A stretch of DNA of 64,000 nucleotides from Haplodiscus bocki. Lineage: Eukaryota. Below, piece by piece: positions 61,501-64,000 of the stretch. The stretch spans positions 117,614,001-117,678,000 of the forward strand of contig OZ296651.1 in the NCBI GenBank assembly GCA_965655095.1, in the 5' to 3' direction. Within the stretch, counting starts at the first letter, position 1, and each line of letters begins with the position of its first letter. The notes under the pieces were generated by a model. The model was given only the letters and a program-made list of their open reading frames with translations. It did not search any database and was not told the origin of the DNA. The translations under genes and the position numbers were made by a program.

Positions 61501-63597
61501 CACCCATTCACAAATCTTCGTTTTAACATCTTCCCGAAAACGGCACGCGAGGCCTTCAGCGTGGTACAAGATATCGCTGGTGATGTCCCAACGCGTTCTC
61601 CGCCGCAACTGAACTGTACTCATTCCACTATAAGAACCAACACTTTTCAATAACTGGTAGGTATGACTGGCGAAATTTGCTTTAATATTTGTTATCCACG
61701 AAATTGTTGGTGCCACCATACTCAAACGCTCATCGTGAATTAACGCAGTTCTTGACAGGACAGGATGTGATGGAGGATGAAGGTATTGCACAGACGACCC
61801 CTTTGAGTGCATAAGGCAAGCGTGAACAACCAATCCTTCTACTTTGTCTACACGCACAGTTGTTGCAATTAAAAACTTCCGCAACGATGACGTTGGAACC
61901 AAGAAATCTGACCTAATTCCTCTAAGATGCAAATGACTAGAAGCTCCAAAAGACGTAAAAGCTGGGTCGAATAGATTCAAAAAGTGTTTAGCATTGATTA
62001 AACCGGATTCTTCAATGAAACACCAGCAACCAAATGGGCACCGAACGTTCGGGTAAGGTTCTTTATCCAAAGCTACTGCTATTTGTTCTTGTTGAAGAGT
62101 TTTGATCAGTTTCTGGAAATAATGCAAACGAGCGGTTCCGTCAACGACACATTTCCCATTGATTTCTTTTCCATTGAGAAACTGTTGGACACATGGAGTA
62201 AACTTTTCCAAGCATCCCATCCATTGCTGTCTCAGTTCCCAAGATAACAACGTTAAAACATTCAACTGCTGCTCCTTGGGCATTTTTTCATCACTCAAAA
62301 GCGTGAAAAAAACAGATGGCCATGCGTGACTCCACTCGATGCGTTCGGAAGTACAGTAAAGTAGACATTGATTGCATAATATGGGAAAAGCGTCCTTGAT
62401 TCGGTTACCAAACATTCTGTTTATAAAATCTGACTTTTCTGTCTTAGTAAGCTTTAACGGATATTGCAGCGTGGATTGTCGCAAGCATTTGCCGCAAAAC
62501 TCTCCGTCAGCAGACTTAGAATTACCATCTGTCGTTTGTTCATTTGTTGCATCACTGTGTGAAACCGTAGCAGTGTTAGTGTACAGATCCTCGATTTTGG
62601 GTATTTCTCTGCTCAGAACAGATTTGGTAGCGTTTTCTGACAACGGTAGCATCGGAAAATTTTGATCTGACTTTGCGTTACAGGAGTTCTGACTTGGAAT
62701 GTGTGTGACGTGAGTTTCAAGGCATGTCTTCGAGGTGGATGGATCCGCAGTGTGTTTTGCTTTTTTCGCTGGTGGGACCCCTGTTGTGTTTTCCGGGTAC
62801 CTGAAAGATTCAATATCCTCTCCCAAAACTGACGAAGAGAAATGCATTGCGTTGGAACCAAGACAGGAAATTCTTTGTGAACCTGCAGCGTTTTCTTCAT
62901 TTGCGACTGAAACCAACTCACTGATTACTTCAAAGTGATTTGCATTCCAGGTTTGCTGAATGAAAATTCCACGACGATTCGTGCTCAGAGAGCATTCATA
63001 AACCAACCAGGATTTCAGAGGAACATGATATAAATATACGTCCATTTGGAAAATCTGACAAAACGCGTATATTTCAACGCATGTTCCGAAGACTCCATTT
63101 TCTTCCATTTTCGACAAACTGAGGTACTCTTGAATCGAAGTACAAAGCAAAACACGGTATTGGTTTGGAAAATCAGCGGAGTAAATTGTGGTTTGTAAGC
63201 TGTTTGGAGGGAAGTTGATGAACATCATGTTGCTAACAATTATATTCCGTAGAATTGAACTACAATCCTGTGACAAACCGAGAGCAACTGCTAAGGATGA
63301 GAAAAGGCAATTACCATCGCCAAAAATCGCAGTTACACGCGCCGGACGCAAATTATAAATGATACTGTCATTTGCGATCGAAACGTCTAGAGAGACTAAA
63401 AAATCAGTTAGACCTAAAGTTGAGAGACAGTTCAGAGTTTCACTTCGTGCAACTGGTGAAACGGAGATTGAAATGTCGGGAATTTTGTATAAGATGCCCA
63501 GCGGCTCATCAGATTGCAGTTCTCGATCAATGTCCTTCAGGCAAACATGGCTTGCAACAGCAAATTGTCCACAAGAAGTACAACGGCGACGCTTCAT
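55528..63597 (-). CDS. Intact 2689-aa RepHel-like polyprotein: C2HC knuckle, OTU-like cysteine protease, Cys-rich region, HUH Rep, PIF1/SF1B helicase, SLX1-type GIY-YIG endonuclease
   Basis: CTSCGQF..H.C; GDGNCLFSSL...FGTCVEI...HFE (OTU); YFLTYTC, RYEWQ..GFPHLHVIL, YVAKY (HUH motifs 1-3); GPPGSGKT, VEELSM, GDFFQLPP, YPLKL..ASTIHKTMGETL, QLYVVMSRV (helicase); GFCYLL..LYIGST..RRLREHN.G..RLPW..YV.GF..FEKEW (GIY-YIG). Confidence 0.93.
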   Translation of the reverse strand: MKRRRCTSCGQFAVASHVCLKDIDRELQSDEPLGILYKIPDISISVSPVARSETLNCLSTLGLTDFLVSLDVSIANDSIIYNLRPARVTAIFGDGNCLFSSLAVALGLSQDCSSILRNIIVSNMMFINFPPNSLQTTIYSADFPNQYRVLLCTSIQEYLSLSKMEENGVFGTCVEIYAFCQIFQMDVYLYHVPLKSWLVYECSLSTNRRGIFIQQTWNANHFEVISELVSVANEENAAGSQRISCLGSNAMHFSSSVLGEDIESFRYPENTTGVPPAKKAKHTADPSTSKTCLETHVTHIPSQNSCNAKSDQNFPMLPLSENATKSVLSREIPKIEDLYTNTATVSHSDATNEQTTDGNSKSADGEFCGKCLRQSTLQYPLKLTKTEKSDFINRMFGNRIKDAFPILCNQCLLYCTSERIEWSHAWPSVFFTLLSDEKMPKEQQLNVLTLLSWELRQQWMGCLEKFTPCVQQFLNGKEINGKCVVDGTARLHYFQKLIKTLQQEQIAVALDKEPYPNVRCPFGCWCFIEESGLINAKHFLNLFDPAFTSFGASSHLHLRGIRSDFLVPTSSLRKFLIATTVRVDKVEGLVVHACLMHSKGSSVQYLHPPSHPVLSRTALIHDERLSMVAPTISWITNIKANFASHTYQLLKSVGSYSGMSTVQLRRRTRWDITSDILYHAEGLACRFREDVKTKICEWVKEGKIVEDVALGILDYPAQIENISECLLPALSTDLETCVEIAKVLDKNDKDYLNNVEALSCYSFAHGTGEYGCSPPPLNCKGSNVFWLVQAALCLSPLMCRSLVTSGKYSVTLRPLISSLRNVFITSKAMKKASNTLLLRRSEEAINTLLEKNRTEEQLEGVKYCCCHLAAQFLATVSENFCHIPLTNRKNITCYTNLQLPVQTTHAIFTTNSPNNLRSKSEPPLKLVISDIGYELIAVGAKDGGPAAEPRLMVRHGGDFQKFWLLEKNCRYAKKMTESRTEALSSGLRGYWTIAIYEKSRNLELVDLKWNLLSTLTGQGVFICESHDVPLTRDFRKSSFRCRCTRASFLRCPYSQCNSCVCKRHFNEGLQYPNRRVLVDPMPMSEKRANTHFSPVNSESSSLRVVSETSSIVESIESSEPDAAAIAFGMVSNNNLSVVGDFSLEVDNHEPLEESINVLASLQTCPDKKALFIDPHRNEDLFKLPLHILLNSQCNLLYRHKGSPISLSLKEKRFLENIAATSTTALPLIQPEALLFPSIFWCQANNGSFHGSIPAALYNNSKYNRQLGFAGLEDMLRTRIKDGSLLTSCNPTYLQYVFDSLLNMQLHKTDVRLVLNRGWQEVSSGPTNCSFVSTQTFKFDCAESRKNVCELAALIRDKNPTYFLTYTCSQSTHPGVRKIFQALYEMYPPETTKKELLSAAIQAELMPMLRCWYRASQYVMEWVKKSPERPLGPVSHIWMRYEWQEETAGFPHLHVILCTPEDKFSIEVRSRVCCSKETFLGALESSCPQLTKDERLHLGELFQKYQIHNCTKGRQRCHKKTDRLNQPICRVPRYPPSNAFSFKEVPINFSSETMDLLQAMDLADIDVNTLLPKVKDPLIAGKHHYPTVSNEHFSPTNAALFALTQSSTNVQIYDDYMAPRYVAKYAAGIESRAAATIVAGQTENSVKVLTEPIEHEKIAGVRACLKNLRQEEKRQSVKGRIVSITECLWWCLQLPYVCTNVDFVHVPTVPKEYRSGIVIEKRFHKSPNFSATFTDGIRVRKELLELPKLRQFTKSQTLLLADVENNFISPDKVTVFGLRPPELLFVSQLKDYYSWFVRWKPRRTNCLSNHEKFLKKGLRKSCWVDALGYLVKLRPSAVNSFVSLCQEKFGEERNQILKREMRKHIVPILENKNSSQFVAHWKNLSEEEAVVVFSNSLPNNPTKFLLHLLLTVGKLDTELDILNVQTFKEAFIKAGILLNSTVTDGEVKEIAKKYLLEQLRFTPGSSKLIDTYLVMAHSVISEALLINNLFFAAALPPVLDKSVLEECEETVTIQLAMEKCKMIAFLQTCQTELPAEQTMIDATFNTPVPWKPLLQKSPDQSKNSYLEQRQVLDELINSIDMYKRGHCTFIRHQIVFGPPGSGKTFVMLKSLAYALCQGLHCVVTSIAAERSAALAGKHLNALIPFPVEKCCSAESLSKKALSNLQRSPIKSRVLQHLDVIFVEELSMISSELWAATDHVLQVVTANYVPFGGKLVVATGDFFQLPPPSGSYLMSSSFPLTTFAFHNLKNFVRMRNKNGQELLSLLSPTPKTDANAEKIWKIMEKDCTFVQSWNDVPNDRIRIFATRQAERKATENKITEVKCSRAQYFESASIDEMCVSSTDNWSEASATASKFLNKKCLEPQSLFLYPGAIMRLTVNKPSLSAYQGQLCVLLTLDTIENGTLTVALAPAGCRNIPPLSVIRNNWRCVVIGKETGVAFRLNHKTVCRRIQYPLKLFVASTIHKTMGETLPMVATQIVGSRDFALWLPEQLYVVMSRVRSLNHVTFVGTKEENRRAVLDLVRKKSQWAELTNEILTKSSARDPTVYHAKASPFPPSTRDLPTQNLGFCYLLQSVPQSQLLYIGSTMSLVRRLREHNSGLGSKFTKITNRLPWKVCAYVTGFNLTNASHRVRVFEKEWLDAASNYVNLKKKNVSLFTAINLGEDIAKTWPHKEDGLKLIVCSGEPTACLKPW

Positions 63598-63882
63598 GTT
63601 TTGCTTTTTGGTTGCAGGTTTGATTGCACAAAAAAGGGAAGCAGCATGTCAAAATTTACCATACCTATTTGAAACACAAAAAAAATTACAGACCCCAGAT
63701 AATTGAAGCCGCCAAGGACCCATTTGCGACAAATAGAGCTCCAGAGGCTGCTATAAATTCGACATACAGACTGTGATATTTATTCCTTTCCGCATTTCAA
63801 ACCTTTTTGAAGTTTTTAGGAAAGGACTGTTTCCATAACGGTTACAGTTTCCATTGCGAATTGAATAATGAAAAACAGAAGC

Positions 63883-63920
63883 GCCTTGGTTTTGCGAAGG
63901 CCTCTGAGCGAAACCAAGGC
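63883..63920. promoter_or_regulatory. Conserved inverted repeat upstream of polyprotein (C)
   Basis: GCCTTGGTTTTGC-GAAGGCCTCTGA-GCGAAACCAAGGC (one mismatch). Confidence 0.75.
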
Positions 63921-64000
63921 TTTGGGAAGATGCCTTTTACATATAGTGCTTCACTCGTGCCGACATCAAATAGCAAAAGTCCTACAGGCAAAGCACATAG

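Larger units (their letters stand above)
52046..64000 (-). mobile_element. Helitron/Helentron-like element, unit C (5' end outside window; intact RepHel, no SGNH gene)
   Basis: Starts at J4; 336-aa gene followed directly by an uninterrupted 2689-aa ORF. Confidence 0.9.

Noticed and set aside
6900-63706. Numerous 60-150-aa plus-strand ORFs overlapping the polyproteins
   Set aside because: Antisense shadows of the long minus-strand frames with no recognisable motifs
1-64000. Interpretation as a prophage, giant virus or intact Polinton
   Set aside because: No intact capsid, packaging ATPase, integrase or polymerase; PolB is only a decayed relic; core is HUH Rep plus SF1B helicase

Overview
Eukaryotic (intron-containing), AT-rich DNA made up entirely of a head-to-tail tandem array of ~16.6-17 kb rolling-circle (Helitron/Helentron-like) elements, all on the minus strand, with no host DNA visible between them. 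The units are: the 5' end of an A-like unit (1-1371), unit A (~1372-17967), two near-identical copies B1 and B2 (period 17,039 bp), and unit C (~52046 to beyond the window). Each unit encodes a ~2,690-aa polyprotein: C2HC knuckle, OTU-like protease, Cys-rich region, HUH Rep endonuclease, divergent PIF1/SF1B helicase and a C-terminal SLX1-type GIY-YIG nuclease. It is intact only in unit C. Each unit also has a 336-348-aa Cys-motif protein of unknown function, and A and B carry a two-exon SGNH hydrolase. All units join at one conserved ~80-bp GC-rich motif whose element-3' side is hypervariable even between the near-identical copies. All four share a 13-bp-arm inverted repeat upstream of the polyprotein. 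The 5' spacers carry heavily decayed plus-strand gene relics that resemble Polinton/Maverick-type protein-primed PolB. Best candidate for a new system: a GIY-YIG-armed Helitron-like clade that appears to insert at its own end motif and build mixed-subfamily arrays. Domain calls are from motif recognition by eye; no database searches were run.
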